Assembly: GCA_029254375.1 (NCBI GenBank)
Contig: JAQWXR010000029.1
Location: 13,827-77,826, forward strand
Length of the DNA: 64,000 bases
From: Schleiferiaceae bacterium
GTDB lineage: Bacteria > Bacteroidota > Bacteroidia > Flavobacteriales > Schleiferiaceae
Reading direction: 5' to 3'
Shown: positions 9,987 through 19,086 of the stretch, piece by piece
Position numbering within the stretch: the first letter of the stretch is position 1
How the letters are laid out: each line of letters starts with the position of its first letter
Position numbers and translations under genes: made by a program
The notes under the pieces: model-generated
Database searches by the model: none
Told to the model about the DNA's origin: nothing
What the model saw: only the letters and a program-made list of their open reading frames with translations

Positions 9987-10422
9987 ACTCTTGACCCTTT
10001 TTGGGTTCCTCTTTACGGTATCGGCATTTTCGATTTATAGTCCGCCTAAAGTAACCTGGCGGCAGTTAGCTACCGTATCATTCACAGAATATTACGACAG
10101 TCAAAAAGGTATCTGGTCTTTAGAGGCAGGATACCCCGAGGGGATTGATGCCCTGCGTGGCAAAGAGATTTATATTACCGGCTATGTTCTACCGGTGGAC
10201 AACAAAGGCGACATCTATGCCTTGAGCGCCTACCCATTTAGTTCTTGCTTCTTTTGCGGAGGCGCAGGACCTGAATCCGTCATGGGACTTGAATTTGAAT
10301 CCCCCCCGGGACGCCTAGCCACCGATGCAGTGAAGACCTATATTGGAAAACTAGTTCTGGTCAAAAAGCCTGTGAACGGCTTTTATTTCACTTTGATTAA
10401 CGTTAGACCTTACACGCCATGA
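9967..10422 (+). CDS. small secreted protein, possibly DUF3299-like
   Basis: Signal-peptide-like N-terminus and a conserved-looking SSCFFCGGAGPES motif. GTG start overlaps the permease gene by 20 nt. The family assignment is from memory. Confidence 0.5.
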   Translation: MRWSIIKLLTLFGFLFTVSAFSIYSPPKVTWRQLATVSFTEYYDSQKGIWSLEAGYPEGIDALRGKEIYITGYVLPVDNKGDIYALSAYPFSSCFFCGGAGPESVMGLEFESPPGRLATDAVKTYIGKLVLVKKPVNGFYFTLINVRPYTP

Positions 10423-11669
10423 AGATGCTTCTCCCCCATGTGCTGATTATGGATCCGCGATCTCCCCATCACGGACAAACTGTCGACATTCTCCTTGATG
10501 ATGAGGCGATCGCAGCTATTGGTCCTGACCTAGATGGACAAGGGGCGGAGATCATTGAAGGCGCACGAGGACGATTGGTAAGTCCCGGCTGGGTGGATGG
10601 GCGTGCCCGTTGCGGAGAGCCCGGTCGCGAAGAGAGAGAAAGCTATCTAAGCCTAGCAAAAGCGGCGGCTCACGGTGGCTTTACCCACATTGCCGTCATG
10701 CCTTCTACGGCCCCAGCACGTGATAGTCGGCCCCACATAGAATCTTTGCAGCAAAGCACATCCGGATATCCCGTAGAATTCTTGGGTATCGGATCCGTTT
10801 CCAAAAAACTCCAAGGCGAGCAATTATCCGAGATAATGGATATGCTTGAGGGGGGAGCCGTTGCCTTCAGCGATGACCTTAATTCCATCCGTCACCCTCA
10901 TTTGCTTCAACTCGCTTTGCAGTATTCGGCTGACCTACCTACACATATTCAAAGTTTTGCTTTTGAAAAAGACCTTTGCCCCACCGGGCAAGCCCACGAG
11001 GGTGCGGTCGCCCTTTCGCAAGGGCTCTCTCCCATTCCTTCCTTGGCAGAGAGTTTGCGAATCCAGCGCGATCTAATGATCCAGGCTTATGCTGGCGGGC
11101 ATCTACACATTGCCGGTCTCAGCACGACCGAAGGGGTCGAAGCGGTTCGAGCAGCTAAAGCCCGAGGACAGCAGATCACTGCGGATGTAGCCATTGCTAA
11201 TCTAGTTGGCAGCGAAAGGGATATTATAGGCTTTGACTCTACCTATAAACTCCTTCCACCTTTGCGCAGCACCGAGGACCGAGAGGCCCTTTGGGAGGGT
11301 TTTTTGGACGGCACCATTGACATGGTTGTTAGCGATCATCAGCCCATGGACAGTGAGGCAAAAAACTGTGAATGGGGTCTGGCCGAATTTGGAGCAGCAA
11401 CCATCGAACAGGCCTTTGGCTGGTACCGGCAGGTAAATCCGAGCCACAAGGCATTAGAGCGTTGGGTGGAAGCCGTAGCGCACCACGCACGCACGCTCTA
11501 CAACCTAGGTGAATGTGAGATCAAAGTTGGAATGCCTGCGGACCTCACCTTATTCGCTCTTGATGGCAGTTCCGAAGGTCAATTTACAAAAGGGGTCAAT
11601 GTCCCTCAGTGGCTTCAGAATGGACGCGCCGTAGGTACGATTTTTGGCAGTCAGATCACTGGATTGTGA
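10419..11669 (+). CDS. dihydroorotase-like amidohydrolase with degenerate metal site
   Basis: Cyclic-amidohydrolase layout (PGWVDxxxxxxEPG, MPST, VVSDHQP), but the HxH position reads RAR. ATGA overlap with the upstream gene. Confidence 0.75.
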   Translation: MKMLLPHVLIMDPRSPHHGQTVDILLDDEAIAAIGPDLDGQGAEIIEGARGRLVSPGWVDGRARCGEPGREERESYLSLAKAAAHGGFTHIAVMPSTAPARDSRPHIESLQQSTSGYPVEFLGIGSVSKKLQGEQLSEIMDMLEGGAVAFSDDLNSIRHPHLLQLALQYSADLPTHIQSFAFEKDLCPTGQAHEGAVALSQGLSPIPSLAESLRIQRDLMIQAYAGGHLHIAGLSTTEGVEAVRAAKARGQQITADVAIANLVGSERDIIGFDSTYKLLPPLRSTEDREALWEGFLDGTIDMVVSDHQPMDSEAKNCEWGLAEFGAATIEQAFGWYRQVNPSHKALERWVEAVAHHARTLYNLGECEIKVGMPADLTLFALDGSSEGQFTKGVNVPQWLQNGRAVGTIFGSQITGL

Positions 11670-12432
11670 GACGAAGCTGATCATATGCCAAATGCATATG
11701 AGAAGGCAAGCTGTTCTCCACCTCAGCGTGGTCACCCATTTGATGACTAATGTGGGTAAAATAAACCTCCGGAACAGCACACTCTTGGGCAAAGGCCTTT
11801 GCCTCATCTAGGGAAAAATGACTCACGTGACTGGTTTTTCGCAAAGCATTCAGGACTAAAACTTTTGCGCCTCGAATCAAGGCTACTTGATCCTCTGCCA
11901 TGGCGGACACATCGGTTAAATACACGAGGTCTGCGATTCGAAATCCCATGACAGGCCATGTCCCATGCTGCCCCAATATAGGAATCCACTCTACGCCTGC
12001 GACCTTAAATGATTGGTTTGGATATATGGTTTCCAGCCTAAGACCGGGGGCTCCTGGGTATTTATCCGCCCCAAAGGCGTAGGAAAATTGTTGCTTTAAT
12101 CGATTGGCAACGCGATCGGTGCAAAATATAGGCATATCCACCTTTTGCTGATAATTCAGTGGCCTAACCTCATCTAAGCCCGCCACATGATCCATGTGCT
12201 CATGGGTTAAAACAATGGCGTCCAAGGTTCTTTGGGAGCAGCGAAGCATTTGTTGGCGAAAATCCGGGCCGCAATCTATGACTACCGACGTTTTACTGCA
12301 GCGAATCAGCACCGAGCTTCGCAAGCGATGATTGTGCAAATCGGAGGAGGTACAAACGGGACAATCGCAGCCGATCAAGGGCACCCCGCCGGAGGTTCCC
12401 GTGCCCAAAAACTCAAGTTCTATTGGAGTCAT
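11656..12432 (-). CDS. MBL-fold metallo-hydrolase, PhnP-like
   Basis: N-terminal GTGTSGGVP..CDCPVC zinc-ribbon-like motif and an HEHMDH metallo-beta-lactamase motif. Confidence 0.8.
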   Translation of the reverse strand: MTPIELEFLGTGTSGGVPLIGCDCPVCTSSDLHNHRLRSSVLIRCSKTSVVIDCGPDFRQQMLRCSQRTLDAIVLTHEHMDHVAGLDEVRPLNYQQKVDMPIFCTDRVANRLKQQFSYAFGADKYPGAPGLRLETIYPNQSFKVAGVEWIPILGQHGTWPVMGFRIADLVYLTDVSAMAEDQVALIRGAKVLVLNALRKTSHVSHFSLDEAKAFAQECAVPEVYFTHISHQMGDHAEVENSLPSHMHLAYDQLRLTIQ

Positions 12433-12460
12433 CCTACGAATTTAACCATACCTTTGGTAA

Positions 12461-13894
12461 ATGGGAGACATGGTACTGTCTGCAGCGCAAAAAGCGTTGC
12501 GTGTTAACCTGAATTCGGACATCTACGGATCCTTCGCCGAAATCGGCGCAGGCCAAGAAACCGTTCGTCACTTTTTCCGTGCAGGGGGCGCTTCGGGCAC
12601 GATTGCCAAAGCGATGTCAGCCTATGACAAAGACTTTTCGGATGCGATTTACGGGATTGAAGCAGATGGCCGATATGTAACCGAAAGCCGCGTTCGAAAA
12701 ATGCTAGGTCATGAATACCAGCTTTTGGAAGATCGACTCGCTCGCGACAAGCATCCGACTAAGACCTACTTTGCCTTCGCCAATACCGTGGCCACCATCA
12801 ACTTCGCAAAGACCTTTAAGGGACATGGTTGGCTTGGAATCCGTTTTCAAACCAAACCCAATCAGGCTGCCAATGAGGTGATTATTCACCTTCGCTTACT
12901 CGAAAACGACCCTAAACACCAACAAGAAACGGTTGGAAACCTAGGTGTTAATCTCATTTATGGAGTGCACTTCATGCATGAAGACCCCAAGGCTCTGCTT
13001 CTCAGTTTATATGATGGCATGGACCAATCTGCGCTTGAGATTGACCTGGTTAATTTTTCCGGCCCTGATTTCGAACATGTGGACAACCGATTGATGTCCT
13101 TGCAGTTGATCAAAAATGGCTTCACGGATGCAGTCATTTTTGGCCCCGAGGGCAAAAACCTGCTTCCCGCGGAAATGCTCTACAAAAAGAATATTCTTGC
13201 CATGCGCGGCTCCTTCCGCCCGGTCACTAAGGTGAACATGGATATGGTCAAGAAAGGCTATCAAAAATTCATCGAATCTAAGCGCGTCGACAAAGAGAAA
13301 ATGGTCGTGCTCTTTGAAATAACGCTCAACAATCTACTTACCGATGGGGATTTGGACGAGCAGGACTTTTTGGATCGTGCAGAAATCCTATGTTCCATTG
13401 GTCAAACCGTACTGATTTCCAATTACCAGGAATATTATAAACTCGTAGACTACTTCTCAGGTTATACCAAAAAACGCATGGGATTGATCATGGGCATCCC
13501 CAGCCTTCAAGAAATTTTCGAAGAAAAGTACTACCGTGATTTGAATGGAGGCATTCTTGAAGCCTTTGGTAAGATTTTCTCCAAAGATCTTGTTATCTAC
13601 GCTTATCCATTCCGCAAGAACGATGAGTCCGGGGTCGCCGCCATCAAAGATGTCGAAATGCATCCTCGCTTCCGTCCGGTATTTGATTACTTATTCTACA
13701 ACCGCAGAATGCGGGATATTGAAGATTTTGATCCGAGCATTCTGAATGTCTGGAGCCGTGAGATTCTGCGTAAAATTCGCGCGGGGGAAGACGGTTGGGA
13801 AGAAGGCTTGCCTACCTATGTTGACACTATCATTAAGGAAAAAGGCTTATTTGGTTACGCTCAAGAACTTACGGAAGCCAAACCCTCCTTGTAA
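12461..13894 (+). CDS. conserved protein of unknown function (477 aa)
   Basis: Long clean ORF with coding-like composition. I cannot assign a family. Its 3' end overlaps the photolyase gene. Confidence 0.7.
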   Translation: MGDMVLSAAQKALRVNLNSDIYGSFAEIGAGQETVRHFFRAGGASGTIAKAMSAYDKDFSDAIYGIEADGRYVTESRVRKMLGHEYQLLEDRLARDKHPTKTYFAFANTVATINFAKTFKGHGWLGIRFQTKPNQAANEVIIHLRLLENDPKHQQETVGNLGVNLIYGVHFMHEDPKALLLSLYDGMDQSALEIDLVNFSGPDFEHVDNRLMSLQLIKNGFTDAVIFGPEGKNLLPAEMLYKKNILAMRGSFRPVTKVNMDMVKKGYQKFIESKRVDKEKMVVLFEITLNNLLTDGDLDEQDFLDRAEILCSIGQTVLISNYQEYYKLVDYFSGYTKKRMGLIMGIPSLQEIFEEKYYRDLNGGILEAFGKIFSKDLVIYAYPFRKNDESGVAAIKDVEMHPRFRPVFDYLFYNRRMRDIEDFDPSILNVWSREILRKIRAGEDGWEEGLPTYVDTIIKEKGLFGYAQELTEAKPSL

Positions 13895-15165
13895 CGCTGA
13901 AGAGCGCGTTCTCTTGCCCATTTGTGCTCTACGATGGGTGGAACGTAGCTGCCTGTTCCATATTCGGGAACCCATTTTTTGACGTACTTCAGTTGCTTGT
14001 CGAATTTATCCAACTGGCTCTCCGGATTAAAAATTCGGAAATAAGGAGCTGCATCGCAGCCAGAACCACTCGCCCACTGCCAGCCGCCTACATTAGAGGC
14101 TAAATCAAAGTCAAGTAGTTTAGACGCAAAATACGCCTCACCCCAGCGCCAGTCGAGTAATAGATGCTTGGTCAGAAAGCTCGCTACCACCATCCGGACA
14201 CGATTGTGCATAAAACCAGTGGTATTGAGTTCGCGCATACCGGCGTCTACCATCGGATAGCCTGTTTGACCGGTACACCAGGATTGAAAGTGTAATTCAT
14301 TGATTTCCCAATGAATTTTGTCATACGCCGGTCGGATAGCCTTATTCGGACATTCCGGGAAATATTTAAGAATCATTTGGTAGAAATCTCTCCAAATCAG
14401 CTCATTTAAGAAGGTTTCGTGCTCTGACTTTGCGGCTCTCGCCAGCGCACGGATGGAAATGGTTCCAAATCGCAAATGAACCCCAAGCTTTGAGGTTCCA
14501 CCGTCCTGGCCTGGAAAATTCCTTTTTTGAGCGTATTGACGGATGGTTTCCAGTGGAATGTGACGGTCAGGAGCGATCAATGGGCTAGGCTCAAAACCCA
14601 GGTCCTTTAGGCTTGGCCAACGATACGGCGAAGGCACACTATTCCATCCTTTTTCTGGTGTTGAATAGCTGTCGAGCTGCGTGAGTTCAAATAGGCTTTT
14701 CCATTTTCTCGAATAAGGCGTAAATACCAAGTACGGGGTGGCATCATCTTTAAGCACTTCATGCGGCTCCATCAGAACATGGTCTTTGGACCAAACACTC
14801 CGTTTTCCGGCATTCTGATAGAGTGCGTGAACGGCTGTATCTCGCTTTCCAGCATAGGGCTCGTAGTCCCGATTGGCATACAATGCGGAGATCATTGGAT
14901 CATTTGCCCATTTCTCGTGCCAAGCGAGCGGATCGCCATGAACGACCCATAAGCCAGAGCCACCCTGACCCTTGATTTCCTGGTCAAGCCTTTCTAGCTC
15001 CTTATATATAAAGGTGACGCGAGCATCCGTATGATCTTCTAATCGCTCAAGGATGGCACGATCAAAAATGAATACCCCTTGAACAGGCGAACCATCTGAC
15101 ATAGCGCGACTTAGTGAAGCGTTGTCTTCGAGTCGCAAGTCCCTTCGAAACCAATGGAGTACCAT
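13861..15165 (-). CDS. deoxyribodipyrimidine photo-lyase / cryptochrome family protein
   Basis: N-terminal WFRRDLRLEDN and a C-terminal FAD-binding signature GGWQWASGSGCDAAPYFRIFNP. Confidence 0.92.
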   Translation of the reverse strand: MVLHWFRRDLRLEDNASLSRAMSDGSPVQGVFIFDRAILERLEDHTDARVTFIYKELERLDQEIKGQGGSGLWVVHGDPLAWHEKWANDPMISALYANRDYEPYAGKRDTAVHALYQNAGKRSVWSKDHVLMEPHEVLKDDATPYLVFTPYSRKWKSLFELTQLDSYSTPEKGWNSVPSPYRWPSLKDLGFEPSPLIAPDRHIPLETIRQYAQKRNFPGQDGGTSKLGVHLRFGTISIRALARAAKSEHETFLNELIWRDFYQMILKYFPECPNKAIRPAYDKIHWEINELHFQSWCTGQTGYPMVDAGMRELNTTGFMHNRVRMVVASFLTKHLLLDWRWGEAYFASKLLDFDLASNVGGWQWASGSGCDAAPYFRIFNPESQLDKFDKQLKYVKKWVPEYGTGSYVPPIVEHKWARERALQRYKEGLASVSS

Positions 15166-15168
15166 TGC

Positions 15169-15834
15169 TTAGCCTTTGATCACTGTAAAAAACTCGGCGC
15201 GCGTATTTTGTTCTTTGAATATCCCGCTAAAATGGCTAGTTACGGTAGACGAGGCACAGTCTTCTACTCCCCTCGTTTTTACACACAGGTGTTCCGCATC
15301 GATGTAAACCGCGACATCCTCTGTTTGCAGGGCACGCTTCAGTTCCGCCGCAATTTGTTCCGTGAGACGCTCTTGTACTTGTGGGCGTTTGGCATAGTAT
15401 TTCACAATACGATTCAGCTTGGATAGACCTACAACCTTATTCTTGGCGAAGTAGGCCACATGGCAATGGCCCAAAATTGGAACGAAATGGTGCTCGCAGG
15501 TGCTATGCAACGTGATGTTCCGTTCAACCAGCATTTCGCCATAAGCATACGTATTATCGAAAAGGGTGATTTCCGGCTTATTCAATGGATTCAGACCTTG
15601 GAATGTCTCATGAACATACATCTTAGCTACCCTTTCAGGGGTCCCTGATAAGGAGTCGTCCTTTAGATCCAAGCCCATGATTTCCATGATTTCTGCGAAT
15701 TTTTCCGCAATAAGGACCACCTTTTCTTCGTCTGACAAAGCCATGGAACTCACTGGTATGGCGGCACCTGCCTCTGGAAGAGGCATGGACAGAACATTTG
15801 ATATGCCATTACTTTTAATCGTTGAATTCGACAT
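15169..15834 (-). CDS. folE: GTP cyclohydrolase I
   Basis: STCEHHFVPI and RPQVQERLT motifs typical of FolE type I. Confidence 0.92.
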   Translation of the reverse strand: MSNSTIKSNGISNVLSMPLPEAGAAIPVSSMALSDEEKVVLIAEKFAEIMEIMGLDLKDDSLSGTPERVAKMYVHETFQGLNPLNKPEITLFDNTYAYGEMLVERNITLHSTCEHHFVPILGHCHVAYFAKNKVVGLSKLNRIVKYYAKRPQVQERLTEQIAAELKRALQTEDVAVYIDAEHLCVKTRGVEDCASSTVTSHFSGIFKEQNTRAEFFTVIKG

Positions 15835-16222
15835 AGTTACGTGGTGTTTCGTAAAGAGTTACTTTAATTTTAATATCTGACGAAATATGCGATCTAAGCC
15901 AGCCATGAATACACATAGAGATGTTCTCAGCCGTCGGATTGGTGTTCGCAAACTCCGGCACTTCAACACTAAGATTTTTGTGATCCAATCTAGAGGTTAC
16001 TTCTGCTTTGATCAAATCAGCTAGAACCTTCATATCATACACATAGCCTGACACAGGATCAATTGGACCGGTTAGAGAAACGATCAGCTCATAATTGTGC
16101 CCGTGGAAGTTTGGGTTATTGCAGGCACCGAAGAAGCGCTTATTTTCCTCTTCAGACCATGAAGGAACGTGCAAGCGATGTGCCGCGTTAAAATGTGCGT
16201 GTCGACTTACTGTGGCATTCAT
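15815..16222 (-). CDS. 6-pyruvoyl-tetrahydropterin / 6-carboxy-tetrahydropterin synthase family protein
   Basis: 135 aa with a CNNPNFHGHNY motif (C-x5-HGH) and N-terminal FNAAHRL. Confidence 0.85.
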   Translation of the reverse strand: MNATVSRHAHFNAAHRLHVPSWSEEENKRFFGACNNPNFHGHNYELIVSLTGPIDPVSGYVYDMKVLADLIKAEVTSRLDHKNLSVEVPEFANTNPTAENISMCIHGWLRSHISSDIKIKVTLYETPRNYVEFND

Positions 16223-16749
16223 TGGTTCGGAAGGTGTTTGACGTATTCATTCAAGATAATCTTGAACCATGCGGTATAATTTTCAGGCCGCCCATGCACA
16301 TCAGCCAAAAGGGTAGCCATTGGTAGCCATTGGACAGAGGAGACTTCTTCAGGATTTAAAACACAGTCACCATTGAAATGTCCAATAAGCACATGATCCA
16401 ACTCATGTTCAATAAGTCCATTATCAAATTCAGCGCGGTAGGTAAAATGGAAGGAGGGTCTTAGATCGACAATCGCATCGGGCTGAATTCCCAACTCCTC
16501 ATGCAATCGTCGCTCAGCAGCTGCCAGGACGTTCTCACCTTCTCTCGGGTGGCTACAGCAGGTGTTCGTCCAAAGCAAGGGACTGTGATACTTCCCTTCA
16601 GCCCGCTGCTGAAGAAGCGTCTCGCCACGGTCATTAAATAAAAAGACAGAGAAGGCTCGATGTAAGGCCCCTTTTCTGTGGGCTTCCATTTTCTCCATCC
16701 GCCCCAGAGCTTCATCAGTTTCTGAAACGAGGATAACATATTCATTCAT
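16219..16749 (-). CDS. idi: isopentenyl-diphosphate delta-isomerase, type 1 (Nudix)
   Basis: HRAFSVFLF...WTNTCCSHP...GE signature of type-1 IDI. Confidence 0.9.
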   Translation of the reverse strand: MNEYVILVSETDEALGRMEKMEAHRKGALHRAFSVFLFNDRGETLLQQRAEGKYHSPLLWTNTCCSHPREGENVLAAAERRLHEELGIQPDAIVDLRPSFHFTYRAEFDNGLIEHELDHVLIGHFNGDCVLNPEEVSSVQWLPMATLLADVHGRPENYTAWFKIILNEYVKHLPNQ

Positions 16750-16750
16750 A

Positions 16751-17587
16751 TCACAGTAGGTTCAGTGCATGTCGGACGTAGCAGCTCACAAACAATCGGT
16801 ATTTCTTAGGATTGTTAATTCGAATACGTGAATTAAAAATGCGCGCAGATGGGGTGCGCATAATTTTTTGAAACAATGAATAATAGTACATATAGGCGAT
16901 ATAAACGCCAAATCGCGCACCTTTCGGCAAGCGCAATATCCCTTCATAGCCCATTCGAAAGTCTAAGGCAATGTCCTCTTCAATTGCGCGCTTTGAATCA
17001 TCATCAAAAGCGCTCAGATCTACATTTGGAAAGTAGGAACGTCCCAAGGTGTTAAAGTCTGCGCTCACATCCCGAAGGAAGTTGATTTTTTGAAAAGCCG
17101 AACCTAATTTCATGGCGAATGGCGTGAGCTCTTCGTATTGCTTCTGATCGCCGCGAACAAAAATCTTAAGACACATGAGTCCAACGACTTCAGCACTACC
17201 CAGAATATACTTTTCATATTCCTCCTGGGTATAGTTCCGATCTTCCAAGTCCATTTCCATGGAAGCCAAAAAAGTGTCAATTAGAGAACGATCAATTTTA
17301 AACTCATTGACCACCCGTTGAAAGCTATGCAATACAGGATTAGTGCTTACTCCCTCATCCAAAGCTAGATGGGTATCATTCCAAAAGCGCTTTAGCAAGG
17401 CCGCCTGATCATGTCCATGAAAAGTGTCTACTATTTCATCCGCTACCCGAACGAATCCATAGATCGCATAAATGGGGTTTCTCAAAGCCCGATTTAGTCC
17501 CAAAATGCCCAGAGAAAACGAGGTGCTATAGGCACGTGTGATCAACTTGTTGATCCGAATAGAACTTTGATGATATAGCTCAATCAT
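16751..17587 (-). CDS. crtB: phytoene synthase
   Basis: Squalene/phytoene synthase fold with YxxxRxxDExVD-like (FVRVADEIVD) and NFLRDV motifs. Confidence 0.9.
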   Translation of the reverse strand: MIELYHQSSIRINKLITRAYSTSFSLGILGLNRALRNPIYAIYGFVRVADEIVDTFHGHDQAALLKRFWNDTHLALDEGVSTNPVLHSFQRVVNEFKIDRSLIDTFLASMEMDLEDRNYTQEEYEKYILGSAEVVGLMCLKIFVRGDQKQYEELTPFAMKLGSAFQKINFLRDVSADFNTLGRSYFPNVDLSAFDDDSKRAIEEDIALDFRMGYEGILRLPKGARFGVYIAYMYYYSLFQKIMRTPSARIFNSRIRINNPKKYRLFVSCYVRHALNLL

Positions 17588-19053
17588 GACCTTAACGGGT
17601 GTTCTTTCTGTATTTCTAAGGCCACCACCTCCCCACTAATAATGCAGGGAGGAACGCCAGGCCCTGGGACCGTCAGTTGTCCTACATAGTAGAGGTTTGA
17701 TACTTTTCCTTTTATACTTGGCTTCAAAATAGCCGTTTGATCCAACGTATTTGCCAAACCGTAGGCGTTACCCTGGTGGGCATGGTAATCTTTCACAAAA
17801 TCACGATAAGCGTAGCTGCGTTTAATCACTTGGTGCTCACGGATGTCATACCCCACATGCTCTTTAATTCGCTCAGCGACCAACTCATAATAGTGAGCTA
17901 AGATTTCATCTGTATCTTCCAAACCAGGGGCCGTCGGGATTAAGATGAATAGGGCCTCTCCTCCTTCAGGTGCTGCTTTTGCATCGGTCTTTGATGCCGC
18001 CGACATGTAAAATAGAGGCTTCTCAGGCCAGCGAGCATCTGTATAAATCGCATCGGCATGCGCGTCGAACGGTGCATCAAAAAACAAACTATGGTGCTCA
18101 ATTCCAGGAATTGGCGCGTCTAAACCAACATAGTACAGCATGGATGAGGGCGCCATTTTACGTTTTGCCCAATACTTTGGACTGTATTTTCGATAGGCCG
18201 GCGCCAAAAGATGCTGGTCAACATGAGCGTAATCCGCACTAGCTACGACGAGATCACAGGATATACGGTCTTCCCCACAAAGCACATGGGAGATTGCACC
18301 ATGATTGTATTCGAAGCCACTGACCTCCTTAGAGAACTCAAAGCGCACCCCTTGTTCCTTCGCCAAGCTGTAGAAAGCCTCTACGACCGCATACATTCCG
18401 CCCTGAGGATACCACGTACCCAAAGCCATATCCGCGTAATTCATAAGTGAATATAGCGCCGGTGTATTGCTCGGTGTCGCACCAAGAAATAATACCGGAA
18501 ACTCCAATAGTTGTTGAAGCTGGGGGTTCTTTACCACCTTCTTGATGGAAGACCGAATGTTGCTGAGCAAGTCAAGTTGCAGTAGCCCCTTGAGAACTCG
18601 AGAGTCAGCGAATTCAAATAAGGAACGAGATGGCTTACGTACCAAATCGTTGATACCCACATCATACTTGTATGCGGCATCTTTCAAAAAAGCACGTAAG
18701 CGGAGCGCTGAACCTGGCTCAACGCGTTCAAAAAGAGCTTCCATTTCATCCATGGAGGCCGGAATGGCCATTGGACCATCCTCGTAAAAAATACTATAAG
18801 AAGGATCTAAACGATCGAGCGTATAATAATCGCTCGTTTTTTTTCCAAAATGAGAGAAAAACGTTTCAAATACATCGGGCATCCAATACCAAGATGGACC
18901 CATATCGAACGTAAAGCCCTCAGATTTCCATTGACGCCCACGCCCGCCAGGACCGTCATGCTTTTCAAGCACAGTCACTTCATACCCTTTTTGAGCGAGA
19001 TACGAAGCTGTACTTAGCCCGGAAAATCCGGCACCGATAATGACTGCGTGCAT
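17584..19053 (-). CDS. crtI: phytoene desaturase
   Basis: N-terminal GAGFSGL dinucleotide-binding motif, 489 aa, C-terminal GPGVP motif. 4-nt overlap with crtB. Confidence 0.92.
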   Translation of the reverse strand: MHAVIIGAGFSGLSTASYLAQKGYEVTVLEKHDGPGGRGRQWKSEGFTFDMGPSWYWMPDVFETFFSHFGKKTSDYYTLDRLDPSYSIFYEDGPMAIPASMDEMEALFERVEPGSALRLRAFLKDAAYKYDVGINDLVRKPSRSLFEFADSRVLKGLLQLDLLSNIRSSIKKVVKNPQLQQLLEFPVLFLGATPSNTPALYSLMNYADMALGTWYPQGGMYAVVEAFYSLAKEQGVRFEFSKEVSGFEYNHGAISHVLCGEDRISCDLVVASADYAHVDQHLLAPAYRKYSPKYWAKRKMAPSSMLYYVGLDAPIPGIEHHSLFFDAPFDAHADAIYTDARWPEKPLFYMSAASKTDAKAAPEGGEALFILIPTAPGLEDTDEILAHYYELVAERIKEHVGYDIREHQVIKRSYAYRDFVKDYHAHQGNAYGLANTLDQTAILKPSIKGKVSNLYYVGQLTVPGPGVPPCIISGEVVALEIQKEHPLRS

Positions 19054-19086
19054 GTAAGTATGGGTGAGGTATTGTGGGTGAGCGAC

